Below are positions 62,901-64,000 of a stretch of 64,000 nt of DNA, in pieces. Below the pieces are notes generated by a model. That model saw only the letters and a list, made by a program, of their open reading frames with translations. It ran no database searches and was not told the DNA's origin. Location of the stretch: the NCBI GenBank assembly GCA_965112735.1, contig OZ218952.1, forward strand, positions 310,001 through 374,000, written 5' to 3'. Source of the DNA: Phaeosaccion multiseriatum. Taxonomy: Eukaryota; Protista; Ochrophyta, other classes. A program made the position numbers and the translations under genes. How positions within the stretch are numbered: position 1 is the stretch's first letter; each line of letters starts with the position of its first letter.

Positions 62901-64000
62901 GTGTCATTCAGCGCCCCACGCATTCCCCTGGTGTCCAACGTGACGGGCGAGGTGGTGAAGGCGGAAGAGGTTTCCCAGAAGACGTACTGGGAGCAGCACA
63001 TGCTCTCTCCCGTGCTGTTTGCAGAAGGTATCCACACGCTGGTGGAGCACTTGATGAGGGACAGGAGGGGCTTGAATGTTGTGGAGGTGGGGCCCAATGC
63101 CGTGTTGAGCAGCATGGGAGCCAAGTGCGAGCATCAGGAGGGGCTGGTGTGGGTCTCTACTCTAAATAGAAGACAAAACTCCAACGAGGGGTTTCGAGAG
63201 GCCCTGAGTAAAGTGATTGGCCCGGAGCACGTGGAGCTGTATCGGACGCGCAGACCGTTTCCTTGGTACGATGTCAGGGGTAGTGGCAAGAGGAAGAAGA
63301 GAGGAAAGGGCATTGTCAAAGCTCTTCCCCCAGCGACGGCTTGGGAGGAAAGAGGAGGAGTGAGGCTGTCGGTGGAGCAGCACCCGTACCTTGCAGATCA
63401 CGCAGTCAATGGTGGAGTGGTGTTGCCAGCGGCCGTCATGCTGGCAATTCTCTATGACACGCGCTGCTGCAGCACGTCAGGGGCCGGGGGTGAAGAGGGT
63501 GGTGGTGAGAGGACCATTTGCGACGCGGAGTTCGTTCGCTTCTTCCCAGTGAAGCAGTCCGAGGCTCAAGCTCTCGTAGTGTGCGACAATGGGTCTGGTA
63601 GTGGCAGGAGTGGCAGCGTCTCCCTGTGCAAGCCCGACAAGAAGGAGCTGCCCTACATGACAGCGAAGCTCGTGAGCGACAGCGAGAGCGAGAGCCCTGC
63701 GCAGGTACCTAACGGCGTAGACGTGCTATGGAAGGCTTGCCCAGACACGGTGGATGTCAGTCTGCTGTACGAGGAGCTGGAGCGGCACACGGGCAACCGC
63801 TTCGGCCCTGCCTTCCGGAACATTGTTGAGGCAAAGGTGGGCGACGGCGAGATGGTCGGGCGCGTACGGGTGCAAGGAGTGGCACCGTTTGCTCTCGACC
63901 CCATGGCGCTGGAGAGCTGCTTCCAAATGGCGGGTCTGCTCGACGGCGTCGCAGCGTTTGTGCCCACCAAGCTACGACGCCTTGTTGTGCTAACAGAGGC
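50909..64000 (+). CDS. Modular type I polyketide synthase, spliced, continuing beyond the window: KS(S)-ACP, KS-AT-DH-ER-KR-ACP, KS-AT-DH
   Basis: KS1: [36 protein letters not shown]1: GMDSL. KS2: DTLCSSS. AT: FTGQGSQ, GHSLGE, HAFH. DH: [18 protein letters not shown]: [11 protein letters not shown]: [20 protein letters not shown]2: GLDSM. KS3: DTACSSS. Second AT: GHSLGE, HAFH. Second DH: [16 protein letters not shown]. The start codon is tentative because an acceptor at 50880 hints at an upstream exon. Confidence 0.95.

Noticed and set aside
53976-63124. Long antisense ORFs over the PKS, and similar ones over the F-BAR gene
   Set aside because: Expected shadows of GC-rich codon usage; no independent motifs.

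Overview
GC-rich eukaryotic genomic DNA with spliceosomal GT-AG introns full of microsatellites. The tail architecture of the myosin suggests a stramenopile (inference). Layout: (1) 1-12.3 kb, a compact housekeeping block: GFAT with a long N-terminal presequence, a small coiled-coil gene, NBP35/NUBP1, a dynactin p25 (DCTN5) with a fused C-terminal RING finger, and a divergent RRM protein. (2) About 12.9-28.1 kb, an accessory or decayed zone: MITEs with unusual 5'-TCG...CGA-3' ends and 6-7 bp target duplications, a pair of degenerate direct repeats flanking a frameshifted coiled-coil/kinesin fragment, an intron-containing tRNA-Lys(UUU), and palindromic motif arrays. (3) A 14.4 kb myosin gene (motor, about 10 IQ, ANK, PH, ANK, AIDA-C2). 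(4) An F-BAR protein. (5) From 50.9 kb to beyond the window end, an intron-containing modular type I polyketide synthase: KS(Cys>Ser)-ACP, then KS-AT-DH-ER-KR-ACP, then KS-AT-DH. It is preceded by phased TGACG and TTACGTAA motif arrays. The best candidates for something new are the PKS with an AT-less KS-Ser starter module, the TCG-ended MITE group, the DCTN5-RING fusion and the presequence-bearing GFAT. All calls come from reading motifs by eye; no database search was run.
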